A stretch of DNA of 64,000 nucleotides from assembly GCA_963780185.1 (NCBI GenBank), contig CAWABA010000009.1, positions 96,001-160,000 of the forward strand, given 5' to 3'. The stretch is from Candidatus Bathyarchaeota archaeon. GTDB lineage: Archaea; Thermoproteota; Bathyarchaeia; Bathyarchaeales; Bathycorpusculaceae. Below the pieces are notes generated by a model. It was not told the origin of the DNA. It did not search any database and saw only the letters and a program-made list of their open reading frames with translations. The translations under genes and the position numbers were made by a program. Of the stretch, positions 1 to 9,420 are shown in pieces; the first letter of the stretch is position 1; each line of letters begins with the position of its first letter.

Positions 1-39
1 TGATTTGAATACTTCGCGAACGTCATCTAACTTTTTCAT
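1..39 (-). CDS. 5' end of a gene running off the window edge (MKKLDDVREVFKS...)
   Basis: ATG at 39 on the minus strand, open to the edge, just downstream of sui1. Confidence 0.35.
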   Translation of the reverse strand, partial: MKKLDDVREVFKS

Positions 40-68
40 TAATTGCGCCTTTCGTCTTGACCTTGCGT

Positions 69-377
69 TTACTGTACTTCTATGTTTTCCTGTGGATAAC
101 CCAGCTTCAACAAGAAGTCGCGTATTCTGTCTCGATGATCGCCCTGCAACATAATTTGGCCGTTTTTGCTGGTTCCTCCGCACGCACAATAAGTTTTGAG
201 TTTTTGAGCGATACTTGCCAAATCAATGTTTTTGTCTTCCATGCCGTCGATTACGGTAGTGGGTCTGCCGAATTTCCGTGTTTCGAGTCTAACGCGTATT
301 CTCTGTTGCTCTTTCTCTATTTCTCCACAAACGCATAAGTCTTTAGGAAGCCCGCATGTTGTACAAACTTCAGCCAT
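69..377 (-). CDS. sui1: translation initiation factor aIF1 (SUI1 family)
   Basis: CxxCGLPxxLCVC N-terminus plus LKxxCACGG..LQGDHR; start taken at ATG 377. Confidence 0.95.
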   Translation of the reverse strand: MAEVCTTCGLPKDLCVCGEIEKEQQRIRVRLETRKFGRPTTVIDGMEDKNIDLASIAQKLKTYCACGGTSKNGQIMLQGDHRDRIRDFLLKLGYPQENIEVQ

Positions 378-436
378 GAATCTCAAAAAAGAATTACAGC
401 CTTGAAATATATAAGAGTTTCAAGAAAAAAATTTAA

Positions 437-716
437 GTTGCGACTTTTGGTTTGGTGAAAGTTGCGACTTTCCGCCTTGGGTCTTTGTGTTTTGGGTTGC
501 TTTTTTGGTTTAGGCTTGGCTTCTGCTTGAACATTGCGACTTTGGGATGGGCGGGTTGCGACTTTGTATGTTGACGCTATGTTGGACTTATTGTCGCGTA
601 TGGGCGCTGCGACTTTCTAGGCGGCAGGTTCGGGTTGCTGGGTTTTGGTCTTCCAATCGGGAAGCTCGAAGGTTTCTGTGGGTTGCATCTTTTCGGAGAG
701 ACTCAGTTGCGATTTG
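437..716. repeat. dispersed direct repeats of GTTGCGACTTT
   Basis: copies at 437, 461, 533, 555, 606; degenerate copies at 682 and 706. Confidence 0.7.
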
Positions 717-848
717 TGTTTGGCTTCTGCTTTGTTCCCATTTGAAGTTGCGGGCCCCGATGAAGGCGAAGAAAAATGAGTAAGCAGCCATCACAACCAG
801 CGGCGTGGGCGAGGGAAGGTTCATTTTGCCGATGCTTAACCTACTCAG

Positions 849-1058
849 TCACCTTAGGGTGCTATCTGCTTTCTTGCGCGGCTTATACAGAACTCCCGCA
901 ATGAACAAAACAACCCCAACGATGGGTAACACGATCACTGCTACTTGGTGTCTTGCAAAATAAAGGACAAGGCCTACAAGAATTAATATTCCGCCAATTC
1001 CAAGGAGTCGCCCCTTGTTTGTTTGATAATAATCTTTCATGTCCACCACTTTTCCCAC
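849..1058 (-). CDS. small two-TM membrane protein
   Basis: two hydrophobic helices, basic tail, GGAGG upstream. Confidence 0.7.
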   Translation of the reverse strand: MGKVVDMKDYYQTNKGRLLGIGGILILVGLVLYFARHQVAVIVLPIVGVVLFIAGVLYKPRKKADSTLR

Positions 1059-1186
1059 CTCCCCCTCTTCGCTTCCAACTTAGTTGCTTCCATTTTAGCA
1101 CGCGCTGCCTTGCTCCGATATTTACACCGGAAAAGATTACCGGTTAGTTTGGCTAAATTTCAACCTTTTGCGATAGCGACGCACTT

Positions 1187-1450
1187 TCAGGTTTTTTGAG
1201 CTTCTTTTCCGTCCACGAATAATGTGATAGGCGAGAACGGTCCAGCGCTGATTTCCAAATGATGCTTTTCGGAATTTCCCACGTTCAACTGGAACTTCTT
1301 TGGCAGTGGCTGAAAGTTTGCTTCATTAACGACTTTTTCGCCATCCACTTCTATCTTGATGTATTTTAGAAGCGCGCTCGCATTAACAATAATGGTGTGT
1401 TTTTCAGTCTCTCCTATTTCAAACTTGGCTTTTGTCATTTTTTCAAACAT
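1187..1450 (-). CDS. small beta-rich hypothetical protein (internal EKH...VDG repeat)
   Basis: last gene of the ABC operon, GAGGG before ATG. Confidence 0.75.
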   Translation of the reverse strand: MFEKMTKAKFEIGETEKHTIIVNASALLKYIKIEVDGEKVVNEANFQPLPKKFQLNVGNSEKHHLEISAGPFSPITLFVDGKEAQKT

Positions 1451-1466
1451 CCCTCTTCTAACTTTG

Positions 1467-2210
1467 CTACTTCCATTTTGTTAGTATTTCTTCCCTTCGG
1501 AAAGTGGTTGTGCTAACGTAGAACAGCGCCACATCAACCGCTAAAAGTATACCTGAGATGATAAGCAGGCCGTTTATGTCAAGGGTTATTATGCCTATCT
1601 CGCTGGTAAAATATATGCCCAGGAGTGGAAAGAACATAAAAATTCCAAAACTGTTGGCGCTGCGTACATCATTAACTCGCGATGAAACAATGACGCTGAA
1701 CAAAACACTCATAACAATGGCGACCGGCATCAAAACTATGAGCAAAGTGGCGATGTTCCAGTTTGGAAAATAATAGTAGCCAAGCGTATTGAAAGTAACC
1801 TCATCAATGCCCACCATGAAAACTACTGCAGCCGCATACATTGCTACTAAAGTTGGAATAATTGCGGAAATGGCTTTTCCAAGCAATATTTCTCCATCCG
1901 TAAGGGGCGTGGCTAGAAGCGGTTCTAGACTCTTCTCCACTTTCTCCCCCACTATACTGTAGGAGGCAATCCCCAAGGGAACGTACGCTGCTCCTATAAC
2001 TAAAAAGAAAGAAAAGGAGTTAAGCAAATTTGGAAGCACACCCGGCGCTGCGAGTCCGTGGCTCCCCCTTGCCGCTGCATACTCCAGTATCACAGGAAAC
2101 AGGACCGAGATAATAACGGGGAAAATAATAATTGAGGTCCAGACGTTTTTTACCCGCCTAAATATCTTAAAGTCCCTGGCTGCTATTAGCCATGCTTTCG
2201 ATAATCTCAT
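1467..2210 (-). CDS. ABC-2 type transporter permease
   Basis: 6 TM, IVGEKxxKSLEPLLATP motif, 4-bp overlap with the ATPase. Confidence 0.9.
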   Translation of the reverse strand: MRLSKAWLIAARDFKIFRRVKNVWTSIIIFPVIISVLFPVILEYAAARGSHGLAAPGVLPNLLNSFSFFLVIGAAYVPLGIASYSIVGEKVEKSLEPLLATPLTDGEILLGKAISAIIPTLVAMYAAAVVFMVGIDEVTFNTLGYYYFPNWNIATLLIVLMPVAIVMSVLFSVIVSSRVNDVRSANSFGIFMFFPLLGIYFTSEIGIITLDINGLLIISGILLAVDVALFYVSTTTFRREEILTKWK

Positions 2211-3130
2211 GCTTCTTTCCTCACAAGTTTTAGATAGGTATCTTCCAAAGTTGAGCCAACCACATTGATTGATCGGACATGACCGCCCGCCAACACTATG
2301 GCCTCTACAACTGACGAATTTTCTTTGTCTGGGTCTTCCACGGCAAATGTTATTGTGTCGCCGCCGGTGGACAGGTTTTTGAGCTCCAGTTTTTTCAGTG
2401 CCCCCAAAACCGCATCGTTCACTTGCTGTTCCAACCCGATAACTGTCTTCTTTCCGCCAACGGACTTTTCAAGTTCCTGCGGAGTACCAATTGCCCTAAG
2501 ACCCGTATTCATTATTGCTACCTTGTCGCAGATTCTCTGTGCCTCGTCGAGGTTGTGAGTGTTCAGGAAGATTGTCTTCTTCTCTTTTTTTAGTTGAAGA
2601 ATGAAATCTCGGACTGTTTTCGCAGCCTCAGGATCTAAATTTGCAGTAGGCTCGTCCATGAAAAGGACCTGTGGATCATGGATGAGGGCGCGGGCTATGG
2701 CGAGTTTTTGCTTCATTCCCTTGGAAAAGGTCCCAGCTAAAACGTTTCTCTTATCCCAAAGCCCTAACATCTCAAGAAAACGCTTATTGTTCTCTTTCCT
2801 TTGAGCATCGGAGCAGTCGTATATTTTTCCGTAAAAGTCCAAGTTGTCGTAAGCGGTCAGGTGTTCAGATAGCCCAACATTGTCAGGAACTAAACCGATG
2901 ATTTTGCGGATTTTAATTGAGTCTTCCTTTTTTCCTATGTCATAGCCGCCTATGTTTGCGTTCCCACTAGTTTTTGATATTAGGCAGCAAAGCATTCTGA
3001 TAGTTGTTGTTTTCCCTGCGCCATTCGGGCCGAGGAAACCGAAAACTTCGCCGTCGTTAACATGAAGGGTGAGTTTATCTACAGCAGTTAAATCTCCAAA
3101 TTTTTTGGTGAGGCTCTCAGTATCTATCAA
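2207..3130 (-). CDS. ABC transporter ATP-binding protein
   Basis: GPNGAGKTT, FSKGMKQ, LFMDEPT. Confidence 0.95.
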   Translation of the reverse strand: MIDTESLTKKFGDLTAVDKLTLHVNDGEVFGFLGPNGAGKTTTIRMLCCLISKTSGNANIGGYDIGKKEDSIKIRKIIGLVPDNVGLSEHLTAYDNLDFYGKIYDCSDAQRKENNKRFLEMLGLWDKRNVLAGTFSKGMKQKLAIARALIHDPQVLFMDEPTANLDPEAAKTVRDFILQLKKEKKTIFLNTHNLDEAQRICDKVAIMNTGLRAIGTPQELEKSVGGKKTVIGLEQQVNDAVLGALKKLELKNLSTGGDTITFAVEDPDKENSSVVEAIVLAGGHVRSINVVGSTLEDTYLKLVRKEA

Positions 3131-3252
3131 TGTGATTACCTTTCAGATGTAATGTTGCCGATTGCCTGCTATTAGAGTTGATGTTTCATAAATAATGTTG
3201 CATAGGTAACCAAATTTGTAATAGAACTTGTTAAGATGGCTGGAGCTGTTTT

Positions 3253-3286
3253 GTAACTGGCAGTGTTACATTAATTAATTATTTTC
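3253..3286 (+). promoter_or_regulatory. GTAAC-N7-GTTAC inverted repeat plus AT-rich TATA-like tract (copy A)
   Basis: 28 positions identical to 6477-6511. Confidence 0.5.
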
Positions 3287-3516
3287 TAAGGGCTTAATGG
3301 CAGATGCAGCTAAAACCTTAGTTTGAAACTTGGCGTTGCCGCTGCGAGCGGAATTAGGTCGTGGTAGAAGTTCACATTTTTGCGGAAGGGTTTGCTGAGG
3401 CTCTGGCGAATTTCATTTTTTAAGGAAGAAAAAAGAAATCGCTTCTACACATGACTATTAGTGACCAGAGCCTTCTCAGCCCGCATTCTTTTTTCTCCGT
3501 TGTTTTTTTGGGGACT

Positions 3517-3550
3517 AAAAAAGGGGAAAGGGTATTTGTTTTCCCTTTCT
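3517..3550 (-). terminator. hairpin and T-tract terminator of the large propeller gene
   Basis: AAAGGG..CCCTTT stem followed by CCCC-T6 on the minus strand. Confidence 0.6.
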
Positions 3551-3554
3551 GTTT

Positions 3555-6245
3555 TTATGGGTGTTTTCTCGTGACGAGCATTGCTAGAACTGCGCCGATT
3601 ATCACTATCACGACGATGATGGCGACGATGCCGTATTCAAGGGTGGCGTTGGATGCTAAACCTGTGGCTGGTGTTGCGGTTGGTACTGCTGTTGCATGTG
3701 GTGCGCCTGCGTAGAGGTATGTTGAGGCCGTTGAGCCGTAGTATGCATTTGTGCCTGCGAAGACTGCGTAGACGGTGTAGTTGCCGGAAATGTCTGGTGT
3801 CCATGTTAGACCCCAGTCGCCTAATGCGTTGGATGTTGTTGTGCCGATTGATCGGTAGTTGTTGTTGCTGTCTAAGACGTAGACGTTGATTGGTACGCCT
3901 GTCAGGTTGCTTGGCAGTGGCTGCTGCTCATAAGCTGCTTCCATAAGTCCAGTCATGCTGTCGTCGGAGACGCATGGCAGACCATTCGGGAAGTTCGCTG
4001 CAACTACAGGTTGCGAAGCGCCTGCAGAGATGTCTGTGATGCGTCCTGTCAGGGTTATTGGTGCATCTGTGGTTAGGCCTGTTTGGGGTGCGCTGATTGT
4101 TACTTTGGTGGGTCCTTGTGCGTATGCGTAGATTTGTCCGTCGTAACTGTTGAATGTGGTCATGACTCCGTATGCGACTGCGGTTGCTGTGTCGTCAAAG
4201 GCTAAGTTGTGCCAGAGCAGTTTGCCGGTGTTTGCGTCGAAGGCGTCCACTTGTGCTCCGTGGAACAACGGCGGGTCGTATTCATGTCCTTCACTTAGGT
4301 ATAGAACTGTGTCTGAGCCTGTTCCTGCGAGGGCTTCATCGTTGAAGACCCAGAGTGGATAGATTCCGTATGGAGATTCTGTGCCTGCTGGACCGTGAAG
4401 TTGGACGGTGCTCCAAGACCAAATGATTGCGCCGTTGGTCATGTTTACTGCCCACACGTCGCCGCCCAAGCCCCATACATACAGAACACCTGTGTTTGCA
4501 TCTGGTACTGTTGTGAGACCGAATGAGTCGTAGGGGTTCGGCATGTTGCCGTCAGCCATCGGAACATTCAAAGTGCTTTCCCATGCTTTCTTGCCAGTGT
4601 CAGCGTAGAAGCCATTCATATTGTACGAGTTGTAGTTGAGTTCGACGTAGATTCCGTCGCAGCATGTTGGAGTGTTGCTAACTCTTGTGTATGCCGGATA
4701 TAAGAAGGCGGCGTAATTCGAGTCACCAGTAACGTCTGTGCGGTTATAGATCCATTCCATGTGTCCGTCTGCCGTACTGAAGCCTGCTTCAACCTGCCAG
4801 CCTCTTTGTTCGCCTACTGAGACTGTTCCGGTTGTCATAATGATCGTGTTTGCTGACCACCAACTGCTGCTGAATCCGCCGGCTCCGAGTCCACTGACTA
4901 GTGCACCACCAAGAAGTGGATCCATTGGTTTTATCCACATGATTCCGTTCTTCCAGACGTATGCAGTGTTTAACGCGAAGCCATAGTTGAACGCGTTCTG
5001 GTAACCTAACGCTTGACTCATGTTCCAGAGTTCCAAATAAGATCCGTGTGTGGTGGCGTTTAATTGGTAGAGTGTGCTTCCGACGTACATGTTTCCGGTT
5101 GTGCTGTTTGTGAGGTAGCCGATGATGTTTCCATGTGAATCTTCACCAAACCATGTTGGAGCTGAGCCGTTAACGATGGCTACAAGGAATTGCCCTGTTA
5201 GACCGTCGAATATGTTGTATTCGGTGCCTGTGCTGTGCCAGCTAGGTGACATTCCGCCTGTTTGCGAAGCGGGCATCGTACCAGTGGTTACGATGAATGG
5301 ACCGACAACACCGTATTGGTTGATGTTTTCGAAGTCAGTAACCATTCCGCACCTTAGTACGGTGGTTGTGTTGATTACCCAATCTGTGGCTCCTGTGTAC
5401 AGGTTGATGCACATGATTCCTTGTTCGCTGCTTGTGGTTGAAGTGTACCACGTTGTGTATTCTCTTCCGTCGATTATGACTGGGGCATATTTAGGCTCGT
5501 ACTGTGAAGTTGTCCAGTAGCTGCTGAATTGCTCGCTTCCACCAAGTTCTCCGCCTGCAACTCCTCCAGCTAAGTATTCTTTGGTCCAGAGGATGTGCGA
5601 AGTTTTTGGTGCAGTCGTGTATGGGTTGTAGCTGCCTGTGGCGTTGTATTCACCTGTCGCAGCGAATGTGTTTGCTGCGTAGCCCAGCCATGCCCCCGTC
5701 AATTGGGACCATAGTTGGACGTTTTCTGCGTTGACTGGTGTTTGCCAGTAGGTTGTTGGAAACGGTGTGTCTGGTAATCCGCCTCTCGGCTCGGTTGTGA
5801 CAAGAAGTGTCATTTTTTCGCTTGTGCTTGGACCGTTGTAGTATGATGTGTAGCCAGTTTTCAAGTATGGTTGTCCTGCGTAGTCCATCCAGAAGGTGTA
5901 GTTGCCAGTGGCTGCGGGTGTGTATGTGGTCCAGGTTCCGCCAGTTAAGTCAGCCGTGAAGTTGCCCAGTTTCGTTGTTACTCCAGCGGGGGTCGTGACG
6001 TAGACACTCATGTTTGTGGCGTATTCGCTGTCATACATTGGGTTGGCTAGCCAGAAGTTGACTGTGACTTGTTGTCCGACTCCGCATGGGTTCGGGGCAA
6101 CGTTGCAGTAAGAGATGGTGGGGATGACGACTTGTCCTGCGGTCTGTGCGTGTGCGTTCGGTGCTATCATTGTTGATGCGCCCATAATGAAAATCATAAC
6201 GACAGATAGAACTATCGCTAAAAGTTTATTCTTTGTTCTCTTCAT
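3555..6245 (-). CDS. large cell-surface PQQ-like beta-propeller protein with C-terminal TM anchor
   Basis: signal peptide, AxDxxTGxxxW repeats, Thr/Pro linker, TM plus RK tail. Confidence 0.85.
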   Translation of the reverse strand: MKRTKNKLLAIVLSVVMIFIMGASTMIAPNAHAQTAGQVVIPTISYCNVAPNPCGVGQQVTVNFWLANPMYDSEYATNMSVYVTTPAGVTTKLGNFTADLTGGTWTTYTPAATGNYTFWMDYAGQPYLKTGYTSYYNGPSTSEKMTLLVTTEPRGGLPDTPFPTTYWQTPVNAENVQLWSQLTGAWLGYAANTFAATGEYNATGSYNPYTTAPKTSHILWTKEYLAGGVAGGELGGSEQFSSYWTTSQYEPKYAPVIIDGREYTTWYTSTTSSEQGIMCINLYTGATDWVINTTTVLRCGMVTDFENINQYGVVGPFIVTTGTMPASQTGGMSPSWHSTGTEYNIFDGLTGQFLVAIVNGSAPTWFGEDSHGNIIGYLTNSTTGNMYVGSTLYQLNATTHGSYLELWNMSQALGYQNAFNYGFALNTAYVWKNGIMWIKPMDPLLGGALVSGLGAGGFSSSWWSANTIIMTTGTVSVGEQRGWQVEAGFSTADGHMEWIYNRTDVTGDSNYAAFLYPAYTRVSNTPTCCDGIYVELNYNSYNMNGFYADTGKKAWESTLNVPMADGNMPNPYDSFGLTTVPDANTGVLYVWGLGGDVWAVNMTNGAIIWSWSTVQLHGPAGTESPYGIYPLWVFNDEALAGTGSDTVLYLSEGHEYDPPLFHGAQVDAFDANTGKLLWHNLAFDDTATAVAYGVMTTFNSYDGQIYAYAQGPTKVTISAPQTGLTTDAPITLTGRITDISAGASQPVVAANFPNGLPCVSDDSMTGLMEAAYEQQPLPSNLTGVPINVYVLDSNNNYRSIGTTTSNALGDWGLTWTPDISGNYTVYAVFAGTNAYYGSTASTYLYAGAPHATAVPTATPATGLASNATLEYGIVAIIVVIVIIGAVLAMLVTRKHP

Positions 6246-6476
6246 CTTACGTTCTTCCTTAATTTTCTGAGATTGAACTTCAAGCCTGAAACTCTTTGTT
6301 CAATCAGAACTCAGTTTTCAACAGTGTGCATTAATAAGCCTCACTCACTTATCGTGAGTGCAAAGAAATGTTAATCTTTCTTTTGCGTTGCGTTTAAGCT
6401 ACTACTTAATTTTGGACTATTTTTAAAGAATAAATAAGGATTGATATTTTTTTAAAAAACCTTCGCCAAAGCGGAA

Positions 6477-6511
6477 GTAACTGGGTTGGGTTACAGTAAT
6501 TATTTATTTTC
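6477..6511 (+). promoter_or_regulatory. GTAAC-N8-GTTAC inverted repeat plus TATA-like tract upstream of trmB (copy B)
   Basis: ends 26 bp before the ATG at 6538; near-duplicate of 3253-3286. Confidence 0.55.
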
Positions 6512-6537
6512 AGTTGGCTTATTGGCTGTTGATGCGT

Positions 6538-6792
6538 ATGGAAAGCGCCGTTGAAAAACTCCAGCATGTAGGCTTAACCGAGTACGAGGCAAAAGCTTAT
6601 TTGCCATTGTTAAACACGCATCTATGCACTGCCACGCAGACCTCAGAGAAATCAGGTGTACCGCGGACAAAGATTTACTCGGTTTTGGAATCGCTTAGCA
6701 ACAAAGGTTGGGTGCGCATTTACTCTGGCGTGCCGCTGCCGTTCAAGGGCTCATTACAGGGAACATTTATTTTGAACTGGAGTTTTAAGTAA
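6538..6792 (+). pseudogene. TrmB-family regulator, wHTH only (effector domain missing)
   Basis: GLTEYEAKAY..SGVPRTKIYSVLESL..KGWV; similarity appears to end after SGVPL. Confidence 0.7.
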
Positions 6793-6795
6793 ATC

Positions 6796-7095
6796 ATGCA
6801 AAAAAGCGAGAAATTAATAAAAGCCTCAATCCTAAGCGTATTTGTTTTTGTTGAATTATTTATTTTGTTGCTCGCTAGTTATAAAATTATCGACTATTTT
6901 AGGAATCTCTTCTTGAGTCTTGCAACGGTTGTTATCGCGCTGGTAATTTTTTTTGCCGTAAGTCGTTACTTTGATGTTCGCAGAAATTCATCCAAAACAA
7001 GGTCCTTAAAATTCAACTCGTGCCAGAGGTTTGGAAAATTCAAGAATATTCTGGAGGCTTTCGAGGGCGGCTGGCGTTACGCGGAAAAATGGTGA
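6796..7095 (+). CDS. small two-TM membrane protein
   Basis: two hydrophobic segments, operon-like spacing. Confidence 0.55.
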   Translation: MQKSEKLIKASILSVFVFVELFILLLASYKIIDYFRNLFLSLATVVIALVIFFAVSRYFDVRRNSSKTRSLKFNSCQRFGKFKNILEAFEGGWRYAEKW

Positions 7096-7100
7096 GGCTT

Positions 7101-7706
7101 ATGGATAAAGTTGACTTGAAGAAGGAACTCAAGGAACTCTACAATCCATCCGCTAAAGAAGTAAGCGTCGTCGATGTTCCAGACATGAATTTCCTCATGA
7201 TTGACGGCGAAGGCGCACCCACTTCACCGCCGTACATAGCGTCGATTCAAACCTTGTACCCGATAGCTTATGCACTCAAATTTATGGTCAAAAAAGGCAA
7301 AGGCGTCGATTACGGCGTGTTGCCGCTTGAGGGGCTATGGTGGGTTGATGACATGACCCAGTTCAGCGCCCAACGTAAGGACACGTGGAAGTGGATAAGC
7401 ATGATTATGCAACCCAAATACGTTACCGCAGCCGACTTTAAAGAGGCAATTGAGCAGGTACGCAAGAAAAAGAGTTTGCCCGCGCTGGATAAGGTGCGGT
7501 TTGAATGTTTCCATGAGGGCAAAGCCGCCCAAATAATGCATATCGGACCTTTCTCGGCAGAGACAGCCAACATTCAAAAAATTCATGCAGCCATCAAAGC
7601 CAGCGGGCACCAGCTAAGCGGCAAACACCAGGAAATCTACTTGAGCAACCCAGCCGCGACAGCGCCAGAAAAACTCAAAACAGTCATACGGCAACCCATG
7701 AAGTAA
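7101..7706 (+). CDS. GyrI-like small-molecule-binding protein
   Basis: PLEGLWW, QIMHIGP, GKHQEIYLS, KTVIRQP; ATG 7101 after GGTGAGG. Confidence 0.9.
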   Translation: MDKVDLKKELKELYNPSAKEVSVVDVPDMNFLMIDGEGAPTSPPYIASIQTLYPIAYALKFMVKKGKGVDYGVLPLEGLWWVDDMTQFSAQRKDTWKWISMIMQPKYVTAADFKEAIEQVRKKKSLPALDKVRFECFHEGKAAQIMHIGPFSAETANIQKIHAAIKASGHQLSGKHQEIYLSNPAATAPEKLKTVIRQPMK

Positions 7707-7720
7707 CCATTTTCGTGGCT

Positions 7721-8227
7721 CTATTTCATTGTCGATGTTTTCTTTGCCAGCTCAGCAACTTGCAGCCTAAACTTTTCCCTCATCTTAGTGAAGCGCATTG
7801 CTGCGGACGGATGGATAATTTCGATGTATTCTATGCCTTCAACCCGTGGAGTTTCCTTTGCCGATGCGCCTAAAAGCACGATGATCTTTGGTTTTATGAT
7901 GTTGATTTGTGCCGTTAAATATGGTAGGCATGCGGCGACTTCATCAGGGTAGGGTTTGCGGTTTTCTGGGGAAACATGCTTAACGATGTTGGTTATGAAG
8001 ACGTCTTCTCGTTTTAGGCCGTTTTCGGCGAGGGTTTTGGTTAAAAATTTTCCTGCTCTCCCAATGAAAGGTCTGCCTGTTTCGTCTTCGTCGGCTCCGG
8101 GGTTCTGTCCTATCAGCATTATCTTGGCGTTTAAAGGTCCTTCACCTGGGACACCATGCTTTGCTCCCTGCCAAAGCCTGCATTTTTTGCAAGCGTAAAT
8201 TTGATAACTTAACTCTTCTAACGCCAA
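7721..8227 (-). CDS. udg: uracil-DNA glycosylase, family 4-like
   Basis: CxxC, GQNPG, GRPFIGRAG, HPSA. Confidence 0.88.
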   Translation of the reverse strand: MALEELSYQIYACKKCRLWQGAKHGVPGEGPLNAKIMLIGQNPGADEDETGRPFIGRAGKFLTKTLAENGLKREDVFITNIVKHVSPENRKPYPDEVAACLPYLTAQINIIKPKIIVLLGASAKETPRVEGIEYIEIIHPSAAMRFTKMREKFRLQVAELAKKTSTMK

Positions 8228-8376
8228 ATGGGTCGCCTTGTTGTCGGCTATTCACAGTCACGCAGGCTTAAAAAATTGCTTTTTGCCTTTAGTTGAGTCC
8301 CTGTTTCTGCTATATAGGAACGAATATAAGGAGTTGTAAGACTAAGATTCCAGACGAATATTTTGAAGGACCCCAA

Positions 8377-8679
8377 ATGACCAACGAAACGTCTGTAACT
8401 GGTTCGCTTATCGGAAGCGCGACGCGTGTGCTTTTACGAGTTGCTTTCGCTTTTGAACCTTTAGCGCCAACGGGTATTACGATTTTGATTAATCAGCAGT
8501 TGCATAAGTTCAAGGAGTCAGGCGCAATCGGCGACTACAAAACCAAAACTAAACGGCTGGGGAAATTCCATTACCGAATTGAAGTCGATTTGGACGTGAC
8601 TGGGATGCAGGCGGTTCATCTTATGAGTAACCTATTTCCAAAGCAATTAAACAGGTTTAGGAGGTGGTTCCATGACTGA
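8377..8679 (+). CDS. hypothetical protein
   Basis: ORF from ATG 8377, coupled to the next ORF. Confidence 0.6.
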   Translation: MTNETSVTGSLIGSATRVLLRVAFAFEPLAPTGITILINQQLHKFKESGAIGDYKTKTKRLGKFHYRIEVDLDVTGMQAVHLMSNLFPKQLNRFRRWFHD

Positions 8680-8824
8680 AATGAACGAAAAGAAAGGTAA
8701 ACTGAAAATAACGATTGAGGTTGAGGTAAACGAGGAACTGTTGGGTTTAGCTAAGGATGCGATGGAGAAGATGCCGATGAGGATGCAGGAAATGTGGAAG
8801 ATGCACGGCGAAAAGAAAGAGTAA
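8672..8824 (+). CDS. 50-aa Met/Lys/Glu-rich small protein (not in ORF track)
   Basis: MTEMNEKKGKLKITIEVEVNEELLG...GEKKE; GGAGGTGG upstream, T-rich tract downstream. Confidence 0.65.
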   Translation: MTEMNEKKGKLKITIEVEVNEELLGLAKDAMEKMPMRMQEMWKMHGEKKE

Positions 8825-8928
8825 ACGTCGCAAGCCTCAGGATGAGTCAGGTTTCTTTTTTTCCTTATTTTTGAAAATAAAAAATTCAGCCTGTTTTTAA
8901 GGCTTGGTAACAATTAGCGAACCAAAAA

Positions 8929-9231
8929 TTACTGTTCACTTGCTGTGTCAAAGACCTGAGATATCAAATCATCCCGTATATGGTTCGTTTCAGCCTCAGC
9001 TTTCGCGGAGTTTCTTGCCTTTGATCTGTGCATGTCAACATGGGTTTCAATGGCTTCGCTCATAAGCTTGACATTTGGAATCACCACAATTTCAGCGCCA
9101 CAACTGCAGCATTTTATTACGGGCAGTTTTTCGTTAACTGATATTTTTTTGCTGACGGTGCGGATTGGCAATTTCTCTACCTCGTTTTTCTGTTCGATTA
9201 CCCTCTCCACCGTATAAAGGTTTATTTCCAA
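8929..9231 (-). CDS. hypothetical protein with CxxC...HxxxH putative Zn finger
   Basis: CCSCG and HVDMH. Confidence 0.6.
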   Translation of the reverse strand: MEINLYTVERVIEQKNEVEKLPIRTVSKKISVNEKLPVIKCCSCGAEIVVIPNVKLMSEAIETHVDMHRSKARNSAKAEAETNHIRDDLISQVFDTASEQ

Positions 9232-9420
9232 ATCGCATTATTCCCAAAGCAATACTTTTGGCGACTGAAAAATTGAATATTCACGATTTTCGCCCTCATT
9301 TTAAAATAATTTAATGGTTTTAGACTCTAAAATTTTTTAAGTATATTTTTTGCATGGGCGTTTTTTCTAGTTGAAGAAAACATTTTTTTACCTTAGACGC
9401 CAATTTTTATTGGGATTAAA

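Noticed and set aside
437-760. CRISPR array or ORB origin
   Set aside because: Repeat is only 11 bp, spacing is irregular, no cas or cdc6 gene is nearby and there is no ORB consensus
547-824. ORFs 547-783 (+) and 588-824 (-) as genes
   Set aside because: Atypical composition, no recognisable motif, and they overlap the repeat tract
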